A stretch of 64,000 nt of DNA from Vicugna vicugna (taxonomy: Eukaryota): positions 1,890,527-1,954,526 of the forward strand of contig MU057880.1 of the NCBI GenBank assembly GCA_013265495.1, written 5' to 3'. The position numbers and the translations under genes were made by a program. The notes below the pieces were generated by a model. That model worked only from the letters and a program-made list of their open reading frames with translations, ran no database searches and had not been told where the DNA came from. The stretch's first letter is position 1; every line of letters starts with the position of its first letter. This document shows positions 28,046 through 41,554 of this stretch, piece after piece.

Positions 28046-30524
28046 AAGAGTCCTTGGAGGTCTATTATTCTGTCAGCGTTGTTTGAAATAGTCCATGAGG
28101 AAAATTAAAAATAATCTACCTTTATTTCAAATTGAAAAGTTGAACCATAAATTAAACTGAAAATGTATTTTGTGGGCTTTTTGTTTTTGACAAAACAATA
28201 AAATTCATTTCCTCCATCCAGTTTTGAAACAAAAAATACAGGATGAACAGAAACTTCTCAAGTACTAATTTAAACAGATCACATGCTATTGGGAAAAAAT
28301 AACTACGCATGATAAAACTGCTTTTAAAAATGTCACGGATCACTAGGAATTCCATGTACTGTAAGTAAATTAAATCCCTCAATGATGCCACTTAAGTCCT
28401 TTTTCTGTTTTTGTCATCAGTGAGAGGAGAACCAAAGCTGATCATCGTGAGCAAGTCAACAGCTATCTGTGCTTGAAAACAGTAAGTTTATAAACGTCTT
28501 CTACTGTGTAGGTTTTACCTTTCCACATTCCAGTCACAATGCATCCCTTCCTCGTCACCTCCTCAAAAACACACCCGTGGGCGGTGTTCCATATGTTATC
28601 CATAAAGTATCATGTAGCCCTTATAAGTGAACGTCCTTTCTTATGGGCAATAAATTCTTTCATTTTGTTCTTACTTAATTTTGAAGTGTACCACATACTA
28701 AATTTTCAGGTGATGCTATTATGGATACCCTGCCCTATCTTTCAACATATATTACAAAAACGTTCAATATTAATGGCAATTTGTAAGTGAATCTCAAGCG
28801 ATGTTTCTAAACCCAACACTTATTGGCAGTTCACCGTGTCCAAGAATATGGAGGCGATCGATAAGAGTGCATTTAAAGAAAAGGCTGGTTCAAAGTCATC
28901 CGCCTTATGTAGCAAAGGTAACCCACAGTTGGTGTGGATTCGCTTACTAAAACTCTCAGAACGAATATTGTGTAACCTATGAGACCTACAGAGAAATACA
29001 TCCATGTATTAAGAAGCTGACTTGCTCAAGTGGGAAGTATCAAGGGTGAATTTAGTTTCATCAGAAGACACTGGATAACATTAAATCGTCTCCCAAGGAC
29101 ACCCAGAAATAACTCACAAACTGTGGCATGGTCAGACTCACATTTGAAGAGACTGCCGCTCCATGCTTAGTTACCCAGACTCTTGGATTTGTTCTTTAGT
29201 GAGAGTAACTGACCCTCTCTCTCAGCTTGATCTGCCCTTTCCCCACAATTCAGAGTTGTGTGTTATGTCCGGTTACTTTAAAATTAATAGATCATTTTTA
29301 AATTGAAAAATCACTGAAAATGCATACTACAAATATTATGATGAATTTAAATTCTTCAAACACAACACTAATTCACGCTCCTAGACTCCTGGTAACATAT
29401 TCTAATTAGGGGACAAAGTATTACTGAGATATGCCTGTTTCCTTTCCACACAAACTAGATAGAAGTAGCTTTATGTATACATGTGTTCTTTAATTCATAA
29501 TATAAACTTGTATATAGACAATGGAAATTCTATATAAATATTAGTTTGTTTAAACGAACTAGTAGGTTGTTATCATTCAACTGTATAGTATCGGTACCAC
29601 TATATTAGGATATTTAAATCCTGATTTAATTTCTTATTACAGAATTACTTAGAGCAAATAGAACTTGAGATACACAGTTGTTCATTTACAAGTAGAAAAA
29701 AAAATCCAGAAAATGAACGGTTCTCCCTAATAAGTATATTTAAGGTATGTTCTGTAAAACCTCAAGAGTATTACAAGAGTATAAAATTCAGTTCTATGCT
29801 CAACTAAACTCTTCGGCTCAAACAAAGAATGGCTAAAGCCTTGTTCGGTTACATCACTTCTTCACGTGCCTAATTGTTGTAGGACTAGTTACGGCTGTAT
29901 GGCCTGTTTATAAGCTGACAATCTACCTGAAACTCTCTCCAAGTACTACCAGCAGGAGCTCACAGTCCCGTTTTGAGCTGGTGCTCATAATATTGTGAGA
30001 AAGTCACAGGAAAACCATCAGCCCACAAACAGGTGACGTCTGAATGTTTCAGTTTGCATATTAATGGGTGGAATTAATAACAACTACCGCAACAGGAGTT
30101 TTTCATTCAGATCATGTCTTCCTTCTTAAAAGTATTTTCTTTGTTCCATTTAAAATTCACTGTCCTTATTCATCTTTCAAGCACAGAAATTAATATTTAT
30201 GATCACTAAATCACGGCAGCATGCCTCGGCCAGACGAGATTAGCATATATTCCCCACATTGACCCTCTCAGGAACATCGTAAAAGAAATGTACAATTTGG
30301 AAGCATTTTTATTCTATGCGTGATGCCTCCTTGGAACTGGAATAAAGGGCCTTCCTTCAGGGGACAAATCATCTGGTTCAAAATTAAAACCAAGTTATAA
30401 AGCATTAGTTCTGATTTTACCTAGTGTCTCCGGAAATGTATTACCTTACCTTACAGACATTGAACCAGTAAATGAAAAGCACGTTTTGATTAAGTCCTGG
30501 TTCAAACATACATATCCTGATTTA

Positions 30525-30554
30525 GTGTGTATGTGCGTGTGTATATATACATAC

Positions 30555-30589
<35 letters not shown>
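30525..30589. repeat. (TG)n(TA)n microsatellite
   Basis: Directly visible. Confidence 0.9.
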
Positions 30590-30640
30590 ATCAAAGACAA
30601 CTATATATAATGTATTAACCTAGGCAACCTCATTACTCTA

Positions 30641-30982
30641 TTTTTTAAATTGAAGTATAGTTATTTATAATGTTGTGTTAGTTTCTGGTGTACAGCATAG
30701 TGACTCAGTTAATACATATATTCAGTTTATATATATATATATATATGTACAGCATGAACTTTTTGTTTACCTATTTTATATATAGTAGTTTGTATCATTA
30801 AATCTCGAACTCCCAGTTTATCCCTCCCCACCCCCTTCCTCCCAATAACCATAGGTTTGTTTTCTATGTCTGTGAGTCTGTTTCAGTTTTGTAAATAAGT
30901 TCATCAGTGTTATTTTTTTTTCTAGATTCCACATACAAGCGGTATCATATGGTATTTTTCCTCCTTTGTCTGGCTTACTTAG
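30641..30982 (-). mobile_element. L1 3' end with decayed 18-bp TSD
   Basis: ttttttaaattgaagtatag...tagattccacatacaagcgg; flanks ggcaacctcattactcta (30623-30640) and ggtaaccacattagtcta (30983-31000). Confidence 0.9.
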
Positions 30983-32709
30983 GGTAACCACATTAGTCTA
31001 GAGTTCAAATGCATTAAAGATCTATCTGCCTCCTCTCTCTGGAGGGAAGCAGGCAACTTTTAGGGAGGGCACTGCTTTCTCAAGGAGGGCCAGGCTGCTG
31101 CCCCATGATTCGGACAAAGAGAAGACGCTGAAGAGTCCCAAAGGAAGAGTTCGGCACCCCCTCAGCTGTAAACCTGAAATCGTCAAAGATGACGTGCACA
31201 GGAGACAGGGAGGCCTCTGTGTCCTCCCTCCTCTGTCTAGAGCTGGGATGTATTCTCCTGGACTTGCTGCTCAGCATGTGGATGGCTATCTGGAGGCTGG
31301 AAAGGTTTCACTGGCATCTTAGTTAAGAGCCATGCAGTGAGGAAACATCAGAAAAGTTTGTCTTTTTCATCCAGCTCAGATGCAGGGCAGAGTGTGGGAC
31401 AGCCACCCTCATACCTGGGCTCCTTGCTGTTCAAAAGAGCATCAATTCATGTATTTAGAAATTAAAATTTAACAATATGTTTATCTGATCTAAACTCTCA
31501 GGAAGATCTTTTTTTTTTAATATATCTATTTGGATGTGTTTGGCCTTGATATATGCTATAAGACTTTTTTTAAAAACCTAAGATATGCTTCAAAATTCAA
31601 TTAATACAGTTCTATTTCTCATTTTTGTTAAGTTTTTATTATCTATGGGCTGATTTCCCTTTGACCTTGCTAATTTCGTGAAAGCCTTGATTTGATTCAC
31701 TCGACTGAATGATCTCTTTTCTAGCCTTAAGATTATTAAAAACAGACAGACAGAAATCTTACAGTCAAGGAAGTAGGAAGAGACCCACATCAAGAGCAGA
31801 CCAAGGTGTTGGACATGGAGGCACATGGAGACAGAAATTGAAAGACAAAATCATTTTTTAAAGCATGTGTCATCTGGGAAGCAAACACAGATTCATCCTC
31901 AAACCATGTACCACCAAAACAAGGAGGTGCTTCCCTGCAGCGTAAGAGAACTGGGTTAAGGACCAAAGGGAAAAAGAAACAGTTCGTGTGTGAACCTCTG
32001 AATAAACCTGTGGTATGCCAGCAAAGCTATAAAAATCAGGTCATTAGTAAGAAAAAAAGCAAACATCCCATTTCCACGAGCCAAGTAAAACACTGCATAA
32101 GGCTCGAGTCTTCTGCTAGTATTTTGAGTCTTACACATTCATCTGTGAAAACAGATTCGGGTGAAAGGCCAGCGTAACACGCTTCGCATGACACGTGAGC
32201 AGTCATTAGGCAACACTTTGAAAATGAATCCGTAAGTCATTTTTAGCTTCAAGATACAACTACTTAGCATTATCACTCTAACGTTCCTCTCTCAGCAGAT
32301 GCACTTGAACTCAAATCAATTTGTTCAATGACTGGAGATTAGCTCATCACTTCAATTTCATTTAATATTTCTGAAGTATTAATAAAACCACTTAGAAATG
32401 TCTCAGGTTCTTTGCACAAGTACGTACACCCATCCATCACCATCGGATCGTTTATTTCTCAGAGCTTGTCTTTCTTCAGATACTGGAGTTTCTTTTTACT
32501 ATTTACGTCAGCTGCTGTCTCTCTGAACTATCTCAAAAGTTCGGTTTCACCTAGGGGGAGTCATAGTGAGGGTGACGCGTGTCTGGAAAGTGAAAAATGC
32601 CACCTTCCACCCGATCAAAGAGTAAAAAGAATTCATCATCTGATCCTTCGATTTAGCAAGCAGGATTCATGTGCTAATATCATCTCAAACTTAAAAGACA
32701 CACATGCTT

Positions 32710-33430
32710 AACTCACTCATTTATTAACACGATTTACTGACTATCGGCTGTTCCAGCGTTAACTTACGCACTGTGTGTACAGTTACGCGTAGTGGGTGCT
32801 GTTTGGGCACTGCCTTCCTGGGGCTTACAGCCAGATCTTAAATGAGAAAAGAACTTGGCCTGTGTGATTAAAACCGTCCTTGGAACGTGGAACAGCACTT
32901 CTTGGATGAAAGGATGAACACCAATATTAATTATAAATTCTGATAAGCACTATGTAGGAAGAGAAGAGATTGCTTTGAGAGAGAATGATGAGGTAAAGTG
33001 CATCTCTGTGGAAATGTGATAGAAACCGAAGGAGAAAGATTTAGAAATACGTGCAGAGATTCGAGGAGAAGGTGTCCGGTGCATCTGAGATGGTGAAATG
33101 TTACTGAGATGGACTTAGCTTAGTGAGCGAGCAGGACACTCAGTTATCAGGCAGGAACCCGACACTGTAAGACCTTAGAGTCCTGTGAAGAATTTTCAAC
33201 TTTACCCTCATTCTAATAGAAGCCACTGGAGTGTTTTAAGCAAGGCAGTGGTGTGGCCAGAAAAGCACTACAAGCATTCAAAACTTCTGGCCACTTTATG
33301 GAACATGGATGAAAGAGAAGCAAGAGTGAAAATGGAAGATGAAGGATGAACACACAGTGGTGTCTTGGCCTGGAGGCATGACAATGACGAAGGAGAGTGT
33401 CGAGAAATAAAAGATATTTAGAAGGAAGGG
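32710..33430 (-). mobile_element. L2 relic
   Basis: actcactcatttattaacacgatttactgac ... gaagccactggagtgttttaagcaaggcagtg. Confidence 0.65.
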
Positions 33431-33454
33431 ATCCTATCCAGAGGAGGCAAGAGT

Positions 33455-33870
33455 CAGCAACACGATGGACCCAGAGGTGATCACACTAAGTGGAGAAAGT
33501 CAGACACAGAAAGACAAATACCATATGGTATCACTTATATGTGGAGTCTAAAAAATGATACAAATGAACTTATTTACAAAACAGAGACAGACTCACAGAC
33601 ACAGAAAACAAACTTATGGTTACCAAAGCGGGGAGGAGGGAGGGATCAGTTGGGAGTTTGGGATTCGCAGATACAAACTACTATATATAAAACAGATAAA
33701 CAACAAGGTCCGACTGTACAGCACAGGGAACTATATTTACTATCTTATAATAACCTATAATGAAAAAGAATATATATATATTTATAACTGAATCACTATG
33801 CTGTACACCTGAAACATTCTAAATCAACTAGATTTTTATTAAACTATTAAAAATAAAATAATTTTTAAAA
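33455..33870 (+). mobile_element. 5'-truncated L1 with perfect 15-bp TSD
   Basis: L1 3'UTR with A-rich tail; agaggaggcaagagt at 33440-33454 and 33871-33885. Confidence 0.93.
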
Positions 33871-34771
33871 AGAGGAGGCAAGAGTGAAAGGCGTATTAAG
33901 AATCCTCCCAGGTTTCAGGTTGGTTCTGCTAACATAGGAGACTGAAGGACTCAGCAGAGGACAAGGGGAAGGACTCTGAGAAGCCTAGCGTCCTGAGCCC
34001 TTTTATCACATTACCGAGAAGGATGCCCCAGTGTCCTCCAGCACGCTGGAATCTGTATGTACTCTCAACGGTTCTGTGTTTTTAGTTTTTCACTCCCTTC
34101 TCCACAGAGGGGGAAGGCTGCTGACTGTTGACAGAGCTGTGTTTTCAGTTTGTACAGCGCTGACTGGTCTTTCCATGGAGGGTCCTCATTCTCAGGACTG
34201 GAGGCCAGGACAGAGAATCAGACACCGGGCTGGAGCACGCCCGACCAGACTGCTTGCAGCCAAGACTCCAAACTGATCCTTGGAGGAGGGGCTGACGACC
34301 AGCTCTCTCCTCATCTGCCCTTGCAGGGTAGCAAGGTGCCCTCTCCTGGTAGAAACAGGTTTCTGGTTTCCACCCAAACCTTCAAAGCCAGCTGCTTCCT
34401 GGACAGGCTGGTATGTAGGGACCATTCCAGATTTGCGCAATAGTGGCTTTCTTTACTTTTTGAGTTTGGTGATGGATGCCCTCTGGGGAAAAACCACCTA
34501 TGATCATGTGCGTGAAATGTTCATGTGATTTTAGGAAGTACGCAGACCCACTGAAACAGAATCACGGACACAGGAATGGTTAAAAATATCTGGAAGTCTA
34601 TGACAGGTCAGTCAGTCAGGTCTGCTAATACCAAACTTCACAACAAGGGATGCAGGAAACACAAAGAAAGTACCCTCCCCCAGCTAAAAATAAAAGAATA
34701 GTATAATGAGCCAAGATACTATCCAATTGGCATGTTAGTCCAAAACATCTCATCATTAACAACTGCATGCT

Positions 34772-34900
34772 GGGGAGGGCATAGCTCAGTGGTAAAGCAC
34801 CTGCCTAGCATGCATGAGGTCCTGGGTTCAATCCCCAGCACCTCCATTAAATAAATAAATAAACCTAATTAAGTCCCTCCTCAAAAAAAAAATAATGTCT
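34772..34900 (+). mobile_element. tRNA-Ala-derived SINE (camelid vic-1-like)
   Basis: ggggagggcatagctcagtggtaaagcacctgcctagcatgcatgaggtcctgggttcaatccccagcacctcca with A and B boxes, then ttaaataaataaataaacctaatta and an A-tail. Confidence 0.9.
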
Positions 34901-35396
34901 CAAAAACATAACTGCACAGAGTTGTGAAAAAGCCATGCATGAGTCTACTGTCAAAAGACCTCAGCTGAGCTGACCCACACGTGGATGGGTCCTAAGAAAG
35001 TCTTTCACATCCTCTGAGATTCAGGGATCTCATTCTAAAGCACAATTAATAATAACTGTCCCTGACTGATAAAATTTTTGCTTGTGAAAATCTTTCATAT
35101 ATATACATTTCTGTAGTTCTTATTCATATATTTATTCCAATTTTACCCAAACCGATTTCCAAGGCAGTCACCTCACTGACCTTGAACTAGTAATAGCAGT
35201 CATCATAGGGTCTCAGCTGCTGGCGCCAGCAGGTGCTTTATTCATTACAACTGCACATCAGGGCATGGTGTGAACACAGTCTACCTCTGTAAATTGTACA
35301 CTCACGATTTTCTGTTTATTTTACTCTAAGTTTATTTCCCAGGTTTCACATTGTATTATTCATTTATAGAATAATGAAACCAAGTTACCTTGGGGC

Positions 35397-35697
35397 TTTT
35401 TTATTTTTTTAATTTTAATTGAAGTGTACTTGATTTACAATGTTAGTTTCAGGTGTACAGCAAAGCGAATCAGTTATACATATACATACATATACGTTTT
35501 TTCTTTTCAGATTCTTTCCCATTATATGTTATTACAAGAGATTGAATAGAGTTCCCTGTGGTATACTGTTGTTTATCTACTTTACATATAGTAGTGTGTG
35601 TCCGCTAATCCCCAACCCTTGATTTATCCCTCTCCACTTTCCCCTCTGGTAACCATAGTTTGTTTTCTATGTCCATGAGTCTGCTTTGGTTTTGTCC
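35397..35697 (-). mobile_element. L1 3' end, sense to GRIA2, ~100 nt downstream of the exon 3 donor
   Basis: T-rich tail followed by aattgaagtgtacttgatttacaatgttagtttcagg...ggtaaccatagtttgttttctatgtc. Confidence 0.88.
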
Positions 35698-35788
35698 TAA
35701 TACACTCATGGAGCTCTATGGCATTACATAGGAAGCATCAAGGGAGGGCATTGAGTCTGACCCACCATAAAGAGACCAGGTATTGTCA

Positions 35789-36175
<387 letters not shown>

Positions 36176-36261
36176 TCATCAAATTTATGAGCACTTATTT
36201 ACTTAGCACCCTAGTTGAGAGATTCAAAGAATCATAAAGCATTAGAGAAATGATTCTGGTG

Positions 36262-36890
36262 ACAGGACTACATCAAACTAAAGAGCTTTTGCACAGCAAA
36301 GAAAACTATCAACAAAGTGACCAGGCCTACTGAGGGGGAGAGGATACTGACAGCTCATATATCTGATAAGGGGTTATATCCAATATATACAAGTAATTTA
36401 TAGAAATCAACATCAAAAAAGAAAACAACCCAATTAAACAATGGGCAGAGGGTCTGAATAGACATTTTCCAAAGAAGACATGCAGACGGTCAACAGGCAC
36501 ATGAAAAGATGCTCAACATCACTAATCAGGGAAATGCAAATCAGAACTGCAACGAGCTGGCACCTCACACCTGCCAGAATGGGTATCGTCAAAAAGACCA
36601 CAGATAACAAATGCCGACAAGGGTGTGGAGAAAAGGGACCCCTCCTACACTGTTGCTGGGAATGTAAATTGGTGCGACCACTATGGAAAACAGTATGGAG
36701 CTTCCTCAAAAGACTAAAATAGAACTACCATACAATCCATCAATTCCACTTCTGGGCATTTTTCTAAAGAAAACAAAAACACTAATATATGCACCTCTAT
36801 GTTCATAACAGCATATTTATAATAACCAAGATATGGAACAAACCCAAGGGTCCACCAACAGATGAATGGATAAAGACATGGTGGTGTGTG

Positions 36891-36927
<37 letters not shown>

Positions 36928-37700
36928 TGGAATATTACTCAGCTATAAAAAATAATAAAATCTTGGATGGACATAGAGGATATTTTGCTAAGTGAAATAA
37001 GTCAGACAGAGAAAGGCAAATGCTATATTATTTTACTTATATGTGGAATCCAAAAAACAAAACAAATAAACCAACATAACAAAACAGAGAGTCATAGATA
37101 CAGAGAACAAGCAGATGGTTACCAGAGGGGAGAGGGTGGGGGATGAGAGAAGTAGGCAAGGGAAATCAGGAGGTACAAATTTTCAGTTACAAAATAAGAG
37201 TCAGGCGGATGAAATGTACAAGGCAATCATTTTGTAATGTACAGAAATACCATCACCAAGTTGTGCACGACGAGCTAACACAGATGCTGTAGGTCAATTA
37301 CACTCAAACAAGTAAACTCACAGAAAAAAGGTCACATTTGTGGTCACCAGAGGTGGATGGTAGAGGGAAACTGGATGGTCAAAAGGCCCAAGATTCTAGG
37401 TATAAGATAATTTATTAGGGATGTAACACACATGATTAACATAATTAACACCGCTGTGTGTTATACGTGAAAGTTGTTAAGAGAGTAAATCGTAAGTTCT
37501 CATCACCAAGGAAACATTTTTTTTCTCTTAGTTTTCTTTTATTCCTGTACTTGAGATGAGGGATGTTCACTAAGGTTACTGTGGTAAGTATTTAACAATA
37601 TATGTAAGTCAAGTCATTGTGCTGTACACCTTATATTCATACAGTGCTATATGTCAATTATACCTCAGTAGAACAAGAAGAAAAAAAAAGAAAAGAAAAT
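36262..37700 (+). mobile_element. L1 (L1MA-type) ORF2 end plus 3'UTR, ~1.4 kb, containing a (CA)n at ~36893-36925
   Basis: ggactacatcaaactaaagagcttttgcacagcaaa; ORF 36480-36722 ([17 protein letters not shown]...[17 protein letters not shown]) is an L1 ORF2 C-terminal relic; A-rich tail at ~37676-37700. Confidence 0.92.
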
Positions 37701-38369
37701 ACACATGATTTAACAAATTACATAAGTTAAACATATTTTAGGACAGCCCCATTAAAAAAAAAGTACAAGTAGAAGTCATTAGTTGTAAGAACAGACTACA
37801 ATTCCTTGGGATTTATACACATTCATAAGAACTCATTCTCTATATTATCTGACTCTTTTAAAAAGCTTCATTGCATAATAATGCTCTTTTACTAGAAGAT
37901 CAGCATGGTTATGAGAAGTTCTGATGCTGACCAGAACTTCTTTAAGAGAAGATGGATACAAGACTCGCATATCACACAGAGACACAGGAATGTGTCACCT
38001 GAAACGGACATCGCTCACCTTGCGTGGCTCAGTCAATTAAGTGAAATTCAGAGCTCCTAATTTTAATCTTTTCCACAGACTTAACTTATCCCATGCGTTC
38101 TACTCCATACAGAACAAAAATGTTACCAAAGTATTTTGGCTTGGGGTCATCATTCTTAGAAAGATAATACTTTATTTGGAAGTCCCTGTTACTCCCAGAA
38201 TCCCTTGTCCTCTGCCAATATCTGTATGTCAGGGAGCTGTGTTGTCCAGCCCTTCCCCCCATAGTCAGACCATCACTGAGTCACGGTCATTCTAACACCC
38301 CGACAGACTCCAATGTGGCTTACTCATTTCTATCTATACTCCAACCGTCTTAGTGCACCACCAGCACGC

Positions 38370-38600
38370 AGTACGCACCTTGTACTTGCCATGTGGCCTG
38401 GCACGGTACATTAACTCATTTATTTCTCATGATATCCCTTCAGGTAGGAACTATTATTAATCCCAAATTACTGATAGGAAATTTATAACAGAGGGAAATT
38501 AAGTGGCTTCATCCAAGGTCAGACAGCTAGTAAGTGAGAGATGCTGCATTGAAACCCAGACAGTCTGGATTCAGAGTCTAGGCTCTTAACTGATGGATAA
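38370..38600 (-). mobile_element. MIR SINE
   Basis: aggtaggaactattattaatccc...aagtggcttcatccaaggtcagacagctagtaagtg...ttgaaacccagacagtctgg. Confidence 0.8.
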
Positions 38601-41554
38601 TACTGTGTCCCTCATTCAGATAATTGGAATGCCTACCCAACTTTCCTCCTTCATCCAATTATGCCCCCTCCATTCAATTCTCCACAATATAACGAGGATA
38701 ATTTTTTGAAACACAAATCTTGTCAAATCTCTCCGAAAAGTAAGTGTTAATTTATCCAAGACTAATCCCCTGCAATGCACCATGGAAACCAGCCACCCCA
38801 CAGTGTTTAAGACAACTTGTGCAAGTCAACCACATGTTTGGGTGAATGAATAGTTGATATTTTTTCATCTTGATTTCAATCCAAAATATGAAAGTCAGCT
38901 ATCCAGTAACATAATCTAACAACCCAGAGCATAATACAGAGCATTGTTTTAAATTAATTAAACCTCACTGAAAGGATGAGGCCAAGAGTATCATATTCAC
39001 AAAAATAAATGGTCTATAGACAAAATGGACTTGCTTCATGAGTAAGAGCATTGCTAAAATATACGGACATCTTAATAGCCAACTGCAGACCATACATGAC
39101 AGGCAATGATTTTTACTGACTATTGTGTTATGTGAAACAAAAGGAAAGCAAGGTTGGCTACTTCTCTCAGTGGCCCTTATTCAGCAAATGTTCCCATTTT
39201 CTTCTAAATATTTACTAATCTTCAGTTCACCTCTGCCTTTCTAGGTGTGTCTGTGCAATGTATCAATTGCCAACTCCCTTACTACTAATTTTCTGCAGAA
39301 TAGACTAATATATCTCAGAAAATACTTGCATGTGTTTCTTCACATTTAAATACTTCAGCGTAAAGCAAAGATGAGATGCCTGACCTTGTCTTATCTTTGT
39401 CCTTGTCTGAGTACAGAAGTTGAAGACACCCTTGCCGGTGTTTGACTGTGCTCACTCTTCACATGCATGCAGAAGCCCTTCCATTGCTGAAACCCTTCTA
39501 GGCAAACTCAGCCATGATCTCCTACTGTATACATGGATATATGTGTATTGACATATATGTCTTAAACCTCAAGTTTGTTCAGAAATTATTGATTCCATAG
39601 GACACAGAAAAATGAGCACTTGCTATAAAATTTGCTCTGGGTCTATTTTATTTCACTTCCTGCAAAGAGTTGGCCTGCCATCTAAAAACTATAGGAATAT
39701 CGGGCAGCATGATTTATTCATGAGACCTCCTCTTCCCGTCTGCAGTGAAGTCGCTTCTGGGCTGGGAACAGCAGGCCTGGCAAAGGATGGCCGGGCTTGA
39801 ACACACAGACGCTCTTAATAAGGAGCCATGCCTTTCATTTTCCATTTGTGTTAGACTCTGGAGTGAGTCATCAAGGGGCCTCCTGGTTACCATGGCCATC
39901 TGGAAACACATGGCTTTGGCCCCACAACAGGCACAAACTGTACATAACTTCATAAGAAATTACAATTCACCTAACTCAGAAGGCACCTTTTCTCTTCCAG
40001 GCAATTCAGCTAATTGTCCAATGACCATGACTGTGGAACAATGGCCTTTCTCTCCTGGTCGTCCTTGCTCTGTTGACTATCTCCCCTTCCTATATCGCTG
40101 CATCACACATAGTCAACTGTCTACTTGCCTGTCCTCTACTTTTCTGGGTATTTCTCTCACAGTGTCCCTCTACCACGCAAACAACAGCCATCTGGTCAAC
40201 ATCACCCACCTCCCTCTCCTTACCACACAGCCGTCACCGTCCCTGTCCCCAAATATAACAAGGCTTTCATTGAGATTTACCCCCAGGAACCAGCCAGAAC
40301 GCTGACTCGCCTCAAGGATGTTGCTTACCCAGTCCACTGTGATCATCTCAAGATGAACTGAGAGCCACACTCCTAACACTCCATCCCCAAAATACCCAAG
40401 AGGCTCTGCATTCTGCTGCAGACCTTCTCCCAATCCAGCCCGGATCCAAGACCCCACTGATGCAACACACAAGGACATGCGTGCACTCCTTTCGAAGACT
40501 CCTTGTCTGATTAGAAATGACATTACTCATTTTCACCTCTACCTCATTGCCCAGCAATCCTCCAAAATTTAAAGCCATGTCCCTCCCTCCGATCCATCCT
40601 CAAAGGAAGGAGATTTACTAGCACCGAGAATATTCAAGTAGTGTGTCAGAGCTTTGGAAACAATTTCAAAGACAACTTTTTAAAATGAGTGAGACAATAC
40701 CGCACTCCATACATAGCCATCTTCTCCGGGTCACCTCTGGAGGCAGAAGAAGGGTCAGAAAAGTCTCGGTCTCACCTCGAGATTGATGACCCAAGCAGTT
40801 GCCCATGAAACACTAGTCTGAATTTCTGAATGATTAAGCTAATCAGTATTAGAATTGCATTTATGTCTTAAAACTCCAAACTGATTGTAAAATATTAAAC
40901 AAAGATGCTCTCGATCAGTACGACTATAATTAAATATTTAATCTCAACTTTGAGAAACTCAGCAAAGGCAAGTGCTTTGAAAAGACACCTTAGTTCAAAC
41001 AGCAGGAAGGATAATCTCTGGGGTCCCAGTAACTTGCTGATTATTCCACTTCTTATTGCGAGCCCAGACGACGAAAGCCAGTAACAACGCTGATGGTGCA
41101 TCCGACTCACATCTTTTCTCCTGGGCCATTCTGCTCACTGGTGCTGCCAATGTAGCATCCTCGGTACAGTCAGAGAACCTTGCATGGTTAGTTAGTAGAA
41201 AGGGAGAAGCACAGGGCTTGATTTATTTTCAGTTTACATTTTTTAATGTACAAATTACCATTCACGTCTATGGAACCTGCAGGCTGCTTCGTAAGCAGGG
41301 ATGGTGCTTTGCAGGGTGTGCAAAGTCTGCTGAAAACGGCACCAACAAGCCATCCTAACCTCAGAATACGGAGACCACAGAAAATCTCCCTCATCTTCCA
41401 TCACGCAACTTCTGGCATTACCTCTTTGTAAACAGTGACCTCGATTTTCCTACTGAAATTTCCCTAGTGAGCCCCTAAACACTAAATCCAATCAGTTTTC
41501 CCTCAGATCTAGCTAATTTACTAATCAAAATCTTGTTTATATGTTTTCAAATTT

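Noticed and set aside
39745..40305. 186-aa plus-strand ORF
   Set aside because: GTG start, no recognisable domain or retrogene hallmarks; compatible with chance in 64 kb.
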